A DNA stretch of 64,000 bases from assembly GCA_963667665.2 (NCBI GenBank), contig OY763927.2, positions 1,568,001 through 1,632,000 of the forward strand. Reading direction: 5' to 3'. Position 1 is the first letter of the stretch. Each line of letters begins with the position of its first letter. The notes under the pieces were generated by a model. It did not search any database and was not told where the DNA came from. It saw only the letters and a list, made by a program, of their open reading frames with translations. Source of the stretch: Nitrosopumilus sp. (GTDB lineage: Archaea > Thermoproteota > Nitrososphaeria > Nitrososphaerales > Nitrosopumilaceae). Positions 9,753-19,548 of this stretch are shown piece after piece. Position numbers and translations under genes: made by a program.

Positions 9753-10795
9753 CATCTTTTCTTTATTGTCTCGTATAGTTCTTCACTAAGATTTAGCTTT
9801 TCTCTAATTGGAGAAATTATTTTTACCAAATAATTTCCAACTGTTTGTTTCAAATCGCCTGGATGTAATTTCTTTTCAACAAAGTCTGTTTCTAATTGAT
9901 TGTAATTTGTATATGATATATTTCCACCAAATTTTTCAGGTCTTTCAACATTTATCTCATCAAACTCATGAAACACTACTGTTCTTGCAATCTCTAATAG
10001 TGGATTATTCTGAATATTTGCTTCTTCACACCATGCTTTGCTGATTTTTTTCTTTATTTCATCATCTGTATTATGAACAAAGACGCCTGAATTTGGATCT
10101 GATTTACTCATCTTTCCTAATATCTGAGAATCACTAGTATCTGCAGGTTTTGAAAGTCCTGGTAATAGTTTATGGTGAACAGCCACAGGAACTTTCCATT
10201 TCTTTTTAGGGAAAATTTCTCTTACCAACATGTGGATCTTTCTCTGATCCATTCCTGCATGAGCAATATCTACATCCAAATAGTGAATATCAACTGCTTG
10301 CATTGCTGGATAAAGTAAATTTGATAGTTCAATTTTTTTATCGTCTTCAGAACGACCCATTATTGTTAGAGTTCTCATTGTTCTAGCAAGTGACATATGT
10401 TTTGTAAATTTAATGAGTTCAGTCCAGTAATCTGTATTTTCTTCATACAATTTTGAGCCCAAAACAATTTCTACATTAGGACAAACAAGATTGAATGCAT
10501 CTTGATAATATTTTGAAACTTTTGAAATTGTTTCCCAATCTCCACCTAACTTATCATTAATCAGAGTATGCCAATCTGCAAGAAATACAGTACAATTTAC
10601 TCCTGCTCTTACAAAATCATTAATCTTGAAACCAGTACTGATTAAACTACCAAGATGTAAAAAACCAGAAATTTCTAAGCCAATGTAATGTTTTGGTGAA
10701 GAATTTGTCTTGAATAATTCAACTAATTCATCACGTGTCACTACTTCTTCAGTTGGTGGTCTTTCAATCAAATCTACTTTTTCTAAAATATCCAA
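9749..10795 (-). CDS. tyrS: Tyrosine--tRNA ligase
   Basis: HLGS, YPAMQAVD, GMDQRK, KMSKS. Confidence 0.96.
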   Translation of the reverse strand: MDILEKVDLIERPPTEEVVTRDELVELFKTNSSPKHYIGLEISGFLHLGSLISTGFKINDFVRAGVNCTVFLADWHTLINDKLGGDWETISKVSKYYQDAFNLVCPNVEIVLGSKLYEENTDYWTELIKFTKHMSLARTMRTLTIMGRSEDDKKIELSNLLYPAMQAVDIHYLDVDIAHAGMDQRKIHMLVREIFPKKKWKVPVAVHHKLLPGLSKPADTSDSQILGKMSKSDPNSGVFVHNTDDEIKKKISKAWCEEANIQNNPLLEIARTVVFHEFDEINVERPEKFGGNISYTNYNQLETDFVEKKLHPGDLKQTVGNYLVKIISPIREKLNLSEELYETIKKRC

Positions 10796-10852
10796 ATCAA
10801 AACAACTTTTGAGATCTAAGCCTATAAAGTTATTCTAAACAATTCTAAATTT

Positions 10853-11041
10853 TTACTTACATTTTTTCTTGTGTTTTCTTAAATTTTCTTCACTCATAAA
10901 TTCAGTCCCACAATTTCGACATTTCACTTTTTTCTTGCTATGTGCTTTTTCCTGATGTCTCTCTAATCTTTCAGAATCTGATAGAACTGTACCACATTTT
11001 TTGCATTTTAATTCATTTTTACTGGATCCAAATAATCCCAT
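10853..11041 (-). CDS. Small C2H2-type zinc-finger protein
   Basis: CKKC..H...H and CRNC..H...C. Confidence 0.8.
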   Translation of the reverse strand: MGLFGSSKNELKCKKCGTVLSDSERLERHQEKAHSKKKVKCRNCGTEFMSEENLRKHKKKCK

Positions 11042-11110
11042 ATCAAAAGTATTTCTGTATACTAGGCAAAATAGTTTTTACGTAATTTTAATACAAAATA
11101 TCTGATCGAT

Positions 11111-11683
11111 CTATATTTCTGGCTCATCTAAGCTTTTTCTAGGTTTTATGCTTAGATAAAACGCATGAGTACTAATGATAAAACCTGCAAGGAATATTTT
11201 GGTTGCAAAAATTAAATTCCACGGTCTATCTGGATCTGGATAAGCAACTGATAATCTATCAATGTCTGGAACTTGCCCATCAATAATTCCTGCAGTAATT
11301 TGTGCATTTAACACTGTAAAATTGTATAATACTTCATAAAGTGCAATAATAGAAAATCCTAGTAACATTAACTGAAGTAATGCCATCTTTGTACCAACTA
11401 TTTTATTTCCAGCAGTTCTTCTCCAACCAATTCTAGTAACACAATACCATCCAATTATTGTAGAAAAAAATATCCAAGTTGTCACTCTTGCAAAATTTTC
11501 AAAAGGAATAGTTGTGTTGTGAATTGCCTCTCCCATTACATAAGTTCCATTTTCAATCCATTCTATCGTTGTTACATATACACCAAAAACTAAAGATGAT
11601 ACCATGATAAATCCACAAACATAGAATATGTACAGATAAACCTTGTAACCTGCATCAGTTTTTTCAAGATGGCGTGGTTTCAT
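11111..11683 (-). CDS. Multi-pass membrane protein
   Basis: About four hydrophobic segments; ATG 11683 preferred over 11719. Confidence 0.75.
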   Translation of the reverse strand: MKPRHLEKTDAGYKVYLYIFYVCGFIMVSSLVFGVYVTTIEWIENGTYVMGEAIHNTTIPFENFARVTTWIFFSTIIGWYCVTRIGWRRTAGNKIVGTKMALLQLMLLGFSIIALYEVLYNFTVLNAQITAGIIDGQVPDIDRLSVAYPDPDRPWNLIFATKIFLAGFIISTHAFYLSIKPRKSLDEPEI

Positions 11684-11764
11684 AATGCGTTTGCCAAATT
11701 TAGAAATATAAAAATTCATGCATACTCAACGAGATTTATAGACTAGTTATCTACAGAATTACTA

Positions 11765-12847
11765 TTGAAAATTGCAATTAACATTCCTATGGTAGGCAAA
11801 GAAGAGATCTCTGTAGTAACTTCTATACTTAGAAATGGTGCATTAACCTCAGCTGCTAATCAAGGAGGCAAATATGTTCAAGCTTTTGAAAAATCTGTAA
11901 CCTCTTTTGTAAAATCAAAATATGCTGTTGCAGTCAATTCTGGTACTGCTGCCTTACAGGCCGCTCTTTATGCATTGGATATAAAAAAAGATGATGAAGT
12001 TCTAGTTCCATCATTTACTTTTGTTGCTATTGCAAATGCCATTGTATCAACAGGAGCAAAACCTGTTTTTGTTGATATTCTAAAAGAAAACTATACCATA
12101 GATCCAGATGATCTACAAAAAAAGATAACAAAAAAAACTCGTGCCATAATACCTGTTCATCTTTATGGAAATGTAGCAAATATAGAAAGACTCTCTGAAA
12201 TTACTAAAAAATATAATATTCCAATTATTGAAGATGCTGCACAATCTTTAGGTTCTACCTATAAAAGAAAACACACTGGTACTTTCTTTGAAATGGGATG
12301 TTATAGTATGTATCCTGCAAAGGTAATGACTTCTGGAGAAGGTGGTTTTATTGTTACTAACAATAAAAAACTCAGAGACAAATTACTGATGATTAGAAAT
12401 CATGGAATGGTTCATGGATATGATACTAGAGTATTTGGATTAAACTTGAGATTGCCTGAAATTAATGCTGCAATTGCCACTATTCAAATGAAAAAACTTC
12501 CAAACTTTCTAAAGTCTAGGAAAAAAAATGCAACACTTTTATCAAAATTAATTTCTGATCTTAAAATTAATCTTCCTCACCAACGAAAAAATGAAAATGT
12601 TAATTGGTATCTTTATACTATTGCAACTGAAAAACGTGATAGACTTTTGAAAAAACTTAACGAAAAAGGAATTGGTGCTGCATCTTACTATCCTACACCA
12701 GTTCATAAGACTCCATATTACAAATTAAAAACAAAACTTCCTGTAACTGATTGGGCTGCATCACATGTAATCTCTTTACCAATTCATCCAAAAGTAACTC
12801 AAAAAAATATTGAATTTATTGCTAAAACCATGCGTGATATATTGTGA
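11765..12847 (+). CDS. DegT/DnrJ/EryC1/StrS PLP-dependent aminotransferase
   Basis: NSGTAAL, PVHLYG, EDAAQS, SMYPAKVMTSGEGG. Confidence 0.95.
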   Translation: MKIAINIPMVGKEEISVVTSILRNGALTSAANQGGKYVQAFEKSVTSFVKSKYAVAVNSGTAALQAALYALDIKKDDEVLVPSFTFVAIANAIVSTGAKPVFVDILKENYTIDPDDLQKKITKKTRAIIPVHLYGNVANIERLSEITKKYNIPIIEDAAQSLGSTYKRKHTGTFFEMGCYSMYPAKVMTSGEGGFIVTNNKKLRDKLLMIRNHGMVHGYDTRVFGLNLRLPEINAAIATIQMKKLPNFLKSRKKNATLLSKLISDLKINLPHQRKNENVNWYLYTIATEKRDRLLKKLNEKGIGAASYYPTPVHKTPYYKLKTKLPVTDWAASHVISLPIHPKVTQKNIEFIAKTMRDIL

Positions 12848-13320
12848 ATGCTATAGGTGAGAGAATTGGAGAATTATGTAAGATTATTCTGCCTATTCCT
12901 GAAGAATCTTATCAAGGAGATATTAATTCATCAATTGCAGTTTGTACACTTTCAAGTATAGATTTACTCAAAAAATTTGCAAATTCTGAAATTCTAAATC
13001 ACATATCGATAGTTGGAAGACTACTTTCTGAAAATAAAGGAATTGATTCTATAATAAAATACGTATACAAAAATCAAAAAATTACTACTATCATAGTTTG
13101 TGGAAAAGAAGTTTGGGGTCATAAAGCAGGTCACTCATTATTTCAATTACATAAATATGGAATTGATAAAAATAATAGAATAATTAATTCAACTAGTCCG
13201 GATCCATATCTTACAGTTTCTAAATCTCAGATACAATATTTTCAAAATAATATAACTCTAGTAAGTTTAATCAATGAAACTGATCTTAAAACAATTTTTT
13301 ATAAAATTAGAATTTCCTAG
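12844..13320 (+). CDS. MtrA-like protein (tetrahydromethanopterin S-methyltransferase subunit A family)
   Basis: AVCTLSS, ENKGID, CGKEVWGHKAG. Confidence 0.85.
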   Translation: MNAIGERIGELCKIILPIPEESYQGDINSSIAVCTLSSIDLLKKFANSEILNHISIVGRLLSENKGIDSIIKYVYKNQKITTIIVCGKEVWGHKAGHSLFQLHKYGIDKNNRIINSTSPDPYLTVSKSQIQYFQNNITLVSLINETDLKTIFYKIRIS

Positions 13321-13667
13321 TATCCACTTCGCTGTCTTTCTCGATTAATTTCATTTTTCTTTTTGTACTCTTCTACAATATCATCTGGTGTAAGATTTAG
13401 CTCAAGTGATGCCTGAACAACAAAATGCCATATGTCAATTAATTCTTCTCTGGCTTCAGCTTTATCAAATTTAGTTGGTGTTTTCCACCATTTCCAATTT
13501 GTTGTCCTTTGTAGCTCTACTGCCTCATGTATTATTGCAGTAGATAAAGCAGAAACTCTTCCTTCAGAATCTTTTGGGTACCTATCCAAATTCATCATCT
13601 CTGATAGACCTTTTTGAAGTTTGAATATCGTATCTAGTCTATCTTTTTCAGAAATTTCTTGTGTCAA
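13317..13667 (-). CDS. All-alpha dimeric dUTPase / MazG-like NTP pyrophosphatase
   Basis: WKWWK, EELIDIWHF, KNEINRERQ.SGY. Confidence 0.88.
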   Translation of the reverse strand: MTQEISEKDRLDTIFKLQKGLSEMMNLDRYPKDSEGRVSALSTAIIHEAVELQRTTNWKWWKTPTKFDKAEAREELIDIWHFVVQASLELNLTPDDIVEEYKKKNEINRERQRSGY

Positions 13668-13706
13668 TGATAAATAAATTTGAGAAATTATTTAACTTAA
13701 GTCTTT

Positions 13707-14600
13707 TTAGAATTGGATCATTTTTTCATATATTTTGAATCGTTTTGAAATATCCCCATTTTTGATCTTTAGTAATCCATCTAATCCATATTTTTCAACT
13801 GCAAAGGATCCTAAAATATTCCCATAAACTACGGCTTTCTTAATTTCAGATATACTAGTTGATTTTTTACTTGCAAGATATCCTATCATTGCTCCTGCAA
13901 AAGAGTCACCTGCACCTGTAGGATCTACCACATCTTCTAATGAAAAGCCTGCTGTTGGGAAAATAACATCATCATAAAACATCAAGGATCCATGTTCTCC
14001 TTTCTTGATAATTACATATTTTGCGCCCCATTGCATCATTTTTTTTGCACATTTTATCAAATTGAATTCTTTTGTAAGGAGTTTGGCTTCTTCATCATTT
14101 ATTACAACTGCATCTACTGCTTTTATCATCTTAATCACTGCTTCTCGTTTAGTAGAAATCCAAAAATCTATAGTATCACACATAGAAAATTTTACCTTGT
14201 CAAATTCTTTAATTAGTAAAGTATTCTGTTCAGGATCATTGTTTGCAAGATACACAAATTGAGATTTTCTGTAAGCTTCAGGCACAATTGGCTTAAAATC
14301 AGCTAGTACGTTTAATTCAGTTTTCAAAGTGGATCTGGTACTTAGTGTATTGTTATATCTTCCATCATAACGAAATGTTTTACCATTTTTTATAGTCAAT
14401 CCCTGTAAATCCAAATGTTTGGATAAAATATTATGATATTTTTTTGGAAAATCCTTCCCAACCACTGCAATTAATCCAGTATTCACAAAATTACTTGCAG
14501 AAATTGCTGCAAAAGTTGCTGCTCCGCCTAGAATATTCTTCAATGTTTTTTTTGGAGTTCTAATTGTATCTAATGCAGTAGAACCAAAAACAGTAAGCAT
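13707..14600 (-). CDS. PfkB-family carbohydrate/nucleoside kinase
   Basis: GGAA, NDEEA, KKGEHG, DPTGAGDSFAG. Confidence 0.93.
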   Translation of the reverse strand: MLTVFGSTALDTIRTPKKTLKNILGGAATFAAISASNFVNTGLIAVVGKDFPKKYHNILSKHLDLQGLTIKNGKTFRYDGRYNNTLSTRSTLKTELNVLADFKPIVPEAYRKSQFVYLANNDPEQNTLLIKEFDKVKFSMCDTIDFWISTKREAVIKMIKAVDAVVINDEEAKLLTKEFNLIKCAKKMMQWGAKYVIIKKGEHGSLMFYDDVIFPTAGFSLEDVVDPTGAGDSFAGAMIGYLASKKSTSISEIKKAVVYGNILGSFAVEKYGLDGLLKIKNGDISKRFKIYEKMIQF

Positions 14601-14611
14601 TTGAGAAGGAA

Positions 14612-15064
14612 TTAATTTTGATGTATAAATTCTCTTGCTTGTTCTTCTGTTGGATAGTAAACAAATGGTACATCAATAGATGTAAAGAACATATCATATT
14701 TTGTTACTCCAGAAATTTTTATAGATTGAGATTCATCATCAACGTTAGAATCTGTATGAAAAGTACCTTTGACATAACTACTATCTAATGGATTTAATGT
14801 GAATGACTCTAACTGACCTTCTCCAACCATTTCATTATTAGCAATTATAAAAAATTCAGTCTCGCCTGCAGTTAATATTAACAATGAAGGATTTTCAAAT
14901 AGTAATTCAATATTATAGTTTGAACCTTTTTCATTTACATTCAATAATTCACTCTGAGTAATGCTTACTCCTATCTGAGATGCAGATGCATACTGTGAAT
15001 ATCCAAAAATACTTATGCCTAGTACGAATAAAACAATTAGACCTCCTTTTTTGGAAGATTTCAT
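14612..15064 (-). CDS. Membrane-anchored LEA_2-like protein
   Basis: N-terminal TM segment, FENPS motif, beta-rich body. Confidence 0.6.
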   Translation of the reverse strand: MKSSKKGGLIVLFVLGISIFGYSQYASASQIGVSITQSELLNVNEKGSNYNIELLFENPSLLILTAGETEFFIIANNEMVGEGQLESFTLNPLDSSYVKGTFHTDSNVDDESQSIKISGVTKYDMFFTSIDVPFVYYPTEEQAREFIHQN

Positions 15065-15195
15065 GAACAATTCTTGCAAAATTACCTTTTAACTCAAAAG
15101 GAAAAAAATCCCAATAAGTTGTGTAAAAGTTTTGATGTAATCTTAAAGCTCCTTAGAGCTAACAAAATAAATCAAATTTTGATGACTGTTCATCA

Positions 15196-15681
15196 TTGGC
15201 TAGAATTAAACTCAAACTTGGAGAAAATGAGATTGAAGTTGACTCTAGAGATTTCTATGTTGATAATCAAACACTAGGCGAAGTCATTGATAATATTTCA
15301 CATCATTTACCAGAAAATCATGCAAAAATTGTGTATGAAACTGATTTTACCACAAAATCAACTCAAGCTGAACATTCATCTCAATATGGTTTGGAATATC
15401 TGGATGATGCTGAAGTATTTGAACCAGAATTTAGTGAACCAAAATACATTACTTCTCATGAAATTAAATCAAAATTACGTATTTTAGAAACAAGTAGATT
15501 CTTTGATTCTCCAAGAACAGTCACTGAAACTGTTGAACAACTCAGAGAATATGGTTGGGCTTCAAGTCCATTAGATGTATCAAAAGCTTTAGCAAAAATG
15601 GCATCAAGCAAAGAAATTATGAAAAACTCTTATGAGAATCGAACTCATTATTTTGTTCAAGAATCATTATTATCTAACTAA
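15196..15681 (+). CDS. Hypothetical protein with C-terminal winged helix
   Basis: FFDSPRTVTE..EQL...GW pattern. Confidence 0.7.
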   Translation: MARIKLKLGENEIEVDSRDFYVDNQTLGEVIDNISHHLPENHAKIVYETDFTTKSTQAEHSSQYGLEYLDDAEVFEPEFSEPKYITSHEIKSKLRILETSRFFDSPRTVTETVEQLREYGWASSPLDVSKALAKMASSKEIMKNSYENRTHYFVQESLLSN

Positions 15682-15865
15682 CAGAATAATTACACTTTTC
15701 ACAATTAGAAAAAGTTTCTCCAGCTAAATGATCAAAGTGTGTCTTACACTTGTTGCACGTATGATGCATCTCAAAATATCCATCCTTCTCGACTTCTCCA
15801 ATTCTATTTGATTCAAGATCTATACTTTTGCACTTTATACAATGACAACCACATTCAATTTTCAT
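15674..15865 (-). CDS. Small Cys-rich zinc-binding protein (63 aa)
   Basis: MKIECGCHCIKC...HHTCNKC...CEKC; ATG 15865. Confidence 0.75.
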   Translation of the reverse strand: MKIECGCHCIKCKSIDLESNRIGEVEKDGYFEMHHTCNKCKTHFDHLAGETFSNCEKCNYSVS

Positions 15866-15912
15866 GATTTTCTCTGATAATGTATGTATAGTTTGAATAC
15901 TTATACAAATCA

Positions 15913-16068
15913 TTGGAAAAGAAAAGGATAGTACCATTAGAAATTGATGATCATTTCAAACTTTTTGGAAAAGAACCATGGGAAGTGGAATATGGTGAAA
16001 AATGCCCAGTTTGTAATGTTCGAATTGATGAATATAGTTTCTGTTCGTGTGGTTCTAGTGGAGACTAA
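15913..16068 (+). CDS. Small zinc-binding protein (51 aa), not in ORF track
   Basis: TTG start; MEKKRIVPLEIDDHFKLFGKEPWEVEYGEKCPVCNVRIDEYSFCSCGSSGD. Confidence 0.7.
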   Translation: MEKKRIVPLEIDDHFKLFGKEPWEVEYGEKCPVCNVRIDEYSFCSCGSSGD

Positions 16069-16951
16069 ATTTTCTCATTAATGGTACAGTAAGAATCATC
16101 AAAAATCCTATTGCTAATGGAGCAATTATTGGAAATTCAGGAATTACTGTAGTTCCTACAATTGTTATTTCTCCAGTTGTTTCAGGTTTTATATTAAGCC
16201 AAACATGAGTTCCATTATTATTGAATTTATTTTGATGAATTTTTTCATCATCAAGAAATACCACATATGGTTCCCATAACAATTCTAATGGAATTATTGT
16301 AGTAACAAATCTATTTTCTTTAGAAATATCAAAAGTAATACTCTTTGTTGGTTGATCAAAAATAAAGTTATCAATATTAGAATAACTTCTAATTTCAATT
16401 ACAAATTCTTTATCTTCCCATTTTACATTTTTAAAAATTTTTGGCTCATTAATAGAATATTCCAAAACCATTTGACATCCATGACATGCAATTCCTTTTT
16501 CTCCACCTAGAATAACCGGATTTTCATTTACAAAAATTAAATCAACTTCTTCAGGAAAAATAAAAGAAGTTAATTCAAGATATCTGAAATCCCACGTCCA
16601 AACGTCATCTTTTTGATTAAGTACCTGTTTAAGATCGTATTCTATAATGAAATTTCCTTGAGATGGTAAAATCAATACTCCACTATTGTCTCCAATCACT
16701 GTGAGTTGTTTTTCTTCTCCCTGTTCATTTGTTAGTAAAAGATTTGAAACTGTTCCAGAAATCAATTCAACTTGTGTTGGAACATTTGATGAACGAATAA
16801 CATGTGTAACATGAACATCACCTTCAGAATTTATTATAACTTCTACAGATTTTTGTACAGCTTTTTCACCAATTGAAATTTGGGCATCAACTATAGGAAT
16901 AATAGATATCATCAATAAAATTACTAAAAATCCAAAAATCTTTGTATTCAT
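16055..16951 (-). CDS. PEFG-CTERM-type surface protein
   Basis: Signal peptide; C-terminal VIPEFP, TM helix and basic tail. Confidence 0.8.
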   Translation of the reverse strand: MNTKIFGFLVILLMISIIPIVDAQISIGEKAVQKSVEVIINSEGDVHVTHVIRSSNVPTQVELISGTVSNLLLTNEQGEEKQLTVIGDNSGVLILPSQGNFIIEYDLKQVLNQKDDVWTWDFRYLELTSFIFPEEVDLIFVNENPVILGGEKGIACHGCQMVLEYSINEPKIFKNVKWEDKEFVIEIRSYSNIDNFIFDQPTKSITFDISKENRFVTTIIPLELLWEPYVVFLDDEKIHQNKFNNNGTHVWLNIKPETTGEITIVGTTVIPEFPIIAPLAIGFLMILTVPLMRKFSLH

Positions 16952-17428
16952 TTATTCCACAGTTACGTGAGTCATCTGTGCTTTTTCTAAAGGACAATCA
17001 TTACCATCTTTTTCAAGATTTACGATTTTGTCTGCAACATCCATGCCTTCTGTTACTTCCCCAAATACAGTATATTGTCTATCAAGGAATGTACTATCAG
17101 CTGTTACTATAAAAAATTGTGAGCCTGCACTATCAGGATCTTGTGATCTAGCCATTGAAACTATGCCTCGCAAATGAGATCTTGAACTAAATTCAGCCTT
17201 GATGTTATGTCCCGGCCCTCCTGTACCCCATGAACCTTTGTTATCGGTTTTTGTATTGGGATCACCACCCTGAATCATAAATCCAGGAATAACTCTATGG
17301 AAAAGAGTTCCATCATAGAATCCATCTCTGGCTAATTTTTCAAAATTTCTAACTGTTTCTGGTGCTAATTCAGATATAAGTTTAAATGAAATTTTCCCAA
17401 AATTGGTTTCAATATTTACTGTAGTCAC
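16952..17428 (-). CDS. Cyclophilin-type peptidyl-prolyl isomerase
   Basis: FHRVIPGFMIQGGD, SMAR, GSQFFI, YTVFG. Confidence 0.96.
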   Translation of the reverse strand: MTTVNIETNFGKISFKLISELAPETVRNFEKLARDGFYDGTLFHRVIPGFMIQGGDPNTKTDNKGSWGTGGPGHNIKAEFSSRSHLRGIVSMARSQDPDSAGSQFFIVTADSTFLDRQYTVFGEVTEGMDVADKIVNLEKDGNDCPLEKAQMTHVTVE

Positions 17429-17671
17429 TAAAATTTATCTATCAACATATCATAAGAGTCTTTTGCGAAAATCTTTCGTCAAATTCTTATACATATTTCA
17501 AGTATGTTAAAAAATTTATAATTATTAATGTACATTTCATTGATAAATTTATCGTTGAAGACTTTGTAAATTTTTATTTTTTTAACTAGTAAAAAATCTG
17601 ACATTATTAGATATGACATTTTAGAAATTTACAAAGTTATAGTCTTATATAGAACAAACAAAATTTAAAAT

Positions 17672-17905
17672 TTGTTGAATCGTACAAACCAAAGCACGAT
17701 AATTAAAGAAGCGATTAATTCTTATCTTGAAAAGGGGGTAACTGACAAACAGGATATCTATACCAAAGTTGTTGATGAACTTGGTGTTCCAAGACCAACA
17801 GTAAGGAGAGTTGCAAGGGATCTGAGAACTGAATTATTACAAAAGATCCAAATCTTACAATCTGATATGCCTAAAGTAACTATTACCACTAAGAAAGACG
17901 AATAA
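17672..17905 (+). CDS. Small helix-turn-helix protein
   Basis: VVDELGVPRPTVRRVARDL; TATA-like CTTATATA at about 17644 and downstream T-tract. Confidence 0.75.
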   Translation: MLNRTNQSTIIKEAINSYLEKGVTDKQDIYTKVVDELGVPRPTVRRVARDLRTELLQKIQILQSDMPKVTITTKKDE

Positions 17906-17985
17906 ATTCGGCTCTTTTTTCTTTTTAATTAAATTATTTTATAGTTTTTAGCATTACTGTTATAAACAATGATTTTTTCAAATAA

Positions 17986-18463
17986 TTGTTGGGATATTTA
18001 GGAAATCACTTAGCAACAGTAACAACTGGAGTTTTTGCTGCAGTATTAACAGGGCTTTGGCCATATTTTATTGACTTTGCACCAGACATGAACACTATTT
18101 TTCTCATATCAGTTCCTATTACATGGTTTCTTACATTGATGTGTTGGTTATCCCAAAAAAGTACTGATTACATGCATAAACAAGCACATACTGACATACA
18201 AAAAAAGCTAGAGTAAGACACAAACAATTGTTACTACAACTTATCACATCAATCTTTTTGAAATAAAACAAATACAAGATGAATCATTTTCTGAACTAAA
18301 TGACATTAAAGAATCTATAAAACTAAAAGATAGTGAAATTGATAGATTAAATCAAGAAATTTCTAATCTACAAACTCTTGTTCAGATTGAATCACTAAAA
18401 ATAAAAAATAAGTCTAATCTTCACAATGACAACATACTACACCATGATTATTCTTACAACTAG
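17986..18463 (+). pseudogene. Two-TM plus coiled-coil protein, apparently frameshifted near 18211
   Basis: ORF 17986-18216 stops; another frame is open 18212-18463 (SKTQTIVTT...EIDRLNQEISNLQTLVQIESLK) with no start of its own. Confidence 0.55.
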
Positions 18464-18533
18464 GGCAACTTACAGCACCACCATAATGGCATTTACATGA
18501 ACACAATTCAGTCGGATCTTTTTTCAAACTCAA
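18414..18533 (-). CDS. Metallothionein-like Cys/His-rich peptide (39 aa), not in ORF track
   Basis: TTG start; MSLKKDPTELCSCKCHYGGAVSCPSCKNNHGVVCCHCED; TATA-like TATTAA about 25 nt upstream. Confidence 0.6.
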   Translation of the reverse strand: MSLKKDPTELCSCKCHYGGAVSCPSCKNNHGVVCCHCED

Positions 18534-18848
18534 TAGTATGATATTTCTGTCATGTTAATATTTTACGTTTGAACATAAATGAATTGGAATAAATTTTTTA
18601 TTCTCAATATGAAATTCTTCCATAATATCTAAAAATATAATCTTTGTACGTATTATTACAACTAGCTAGTTAACTATTGGATTTTTTAATACAAATTTTT
18701 GATAATACTAAATCTCTTACAGGAAATAATTATTGAACAATACACTTTGCTAAAATTTCTTTTAATGAAAATAATTCTCATGAAATTCAAATTAAAAATA
18801 TTTTTGATAGTAGTTATATTATCAAAATCTTTATATAATATCTACACT

Positions 18849-19379
18849 TTAACCTTGATGCAACTTAGAAGCAAGTTCCAAAGTTTCATCTACCATTTCT
18901 TTTAGTCTATTTTGTGCATCCACATCTGAAACAGAATTATCAGTAAAAGCTTCTGTTGTTAGAAAAACAGCCTTTGGATTTGCTACTACTCTAAAGTATG
19001 ATAGTAGTTGTGTGACTAATGTCTGGACATCCGTGAAACCAATATTTCCAGAAGCTAAAATTGCCATTCCTGCTACCTTTCCAGCAGTTTTTTTATAATT
19101 GATATATTCAAACAAATTTTTTAATGCTGCACTAAAAAATGAATTGTAGATAGGAGTTCCTATTATCCAAACATCCGCATCTGTAATGTCATTTGCAGCT
19201 GTGTTTGTGGCTTCATTGTATTCTTCACCGTATCCTCTATAGCATTCAATTTGACCATCTGAAAGATTAATCAATTTTGTGTCTTGGTTTTTTGATTTAG
19301 CATAATTATAAACATACTTCATCATAACTTGTGTAACAGCATTTTTTCTTGGACTTCCAGAAATAACTACAACTTTCAC
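18849..19379 (-). CDS. NADPH-dependent FMN reductase (flavodoxin-like)
   Basis: VISGSPR, GTPIYN, LKNLFE. Confidence 0.9.
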   Translation of the reverse strand: MKVVVISGSPRKNAVTQVMMKYVYNYAKSKNQDTKLINLSDGQIECYRGYGEEYNEATNTAANDITDADVWIIGTPIYNSFFSAALKNLFEYINYKKTAGKVAGMAILASGNIGFTDVQTLVTQLLSYFRVVANPKAVFLTTEAFTDNSVSDVDAQNRLKEMVDETLELASKLHQG

Positions 19380-19431
19380 ATCTTCAGCAATTTATCTTTG
19401 TATATAAATTCCCACGACTCTTAAAATTTAA

Positions 19432-19523
19432 CGGGCTTGGAGGGCTTCGATCCCTCGACCTGTACCTTAGGAGAGTACCACGCTATCCATGTTTCGCGTC
19501 AAATGACTCTGCGCCACAAGCCC
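19432..19523 (-). tRNA. tRNA-Arg(CCT) with 17-nt D-loop intron (19492-19508)
   Basis: Acceptor GGGCTTG/CAAGCCC, anticodon arm GTACT-CTCCTAA-GGTAC, T arm GAGGG/CCCTC; removing AGTCATTTGACGCGAAA restores D-loop AGCATGGATA. Confidence 0.92.
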
Positions 19524-19548
19524 AGCAAAAAAAACCACTCTTAATTAT

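Noticed and set aside
18560-18905. Very AT-rich stretch and ORF 18699-18905 as gene or replication origin
   Set aside because: Low-complexity ORF; no ORB-like repeats or cdc6 gene nearby
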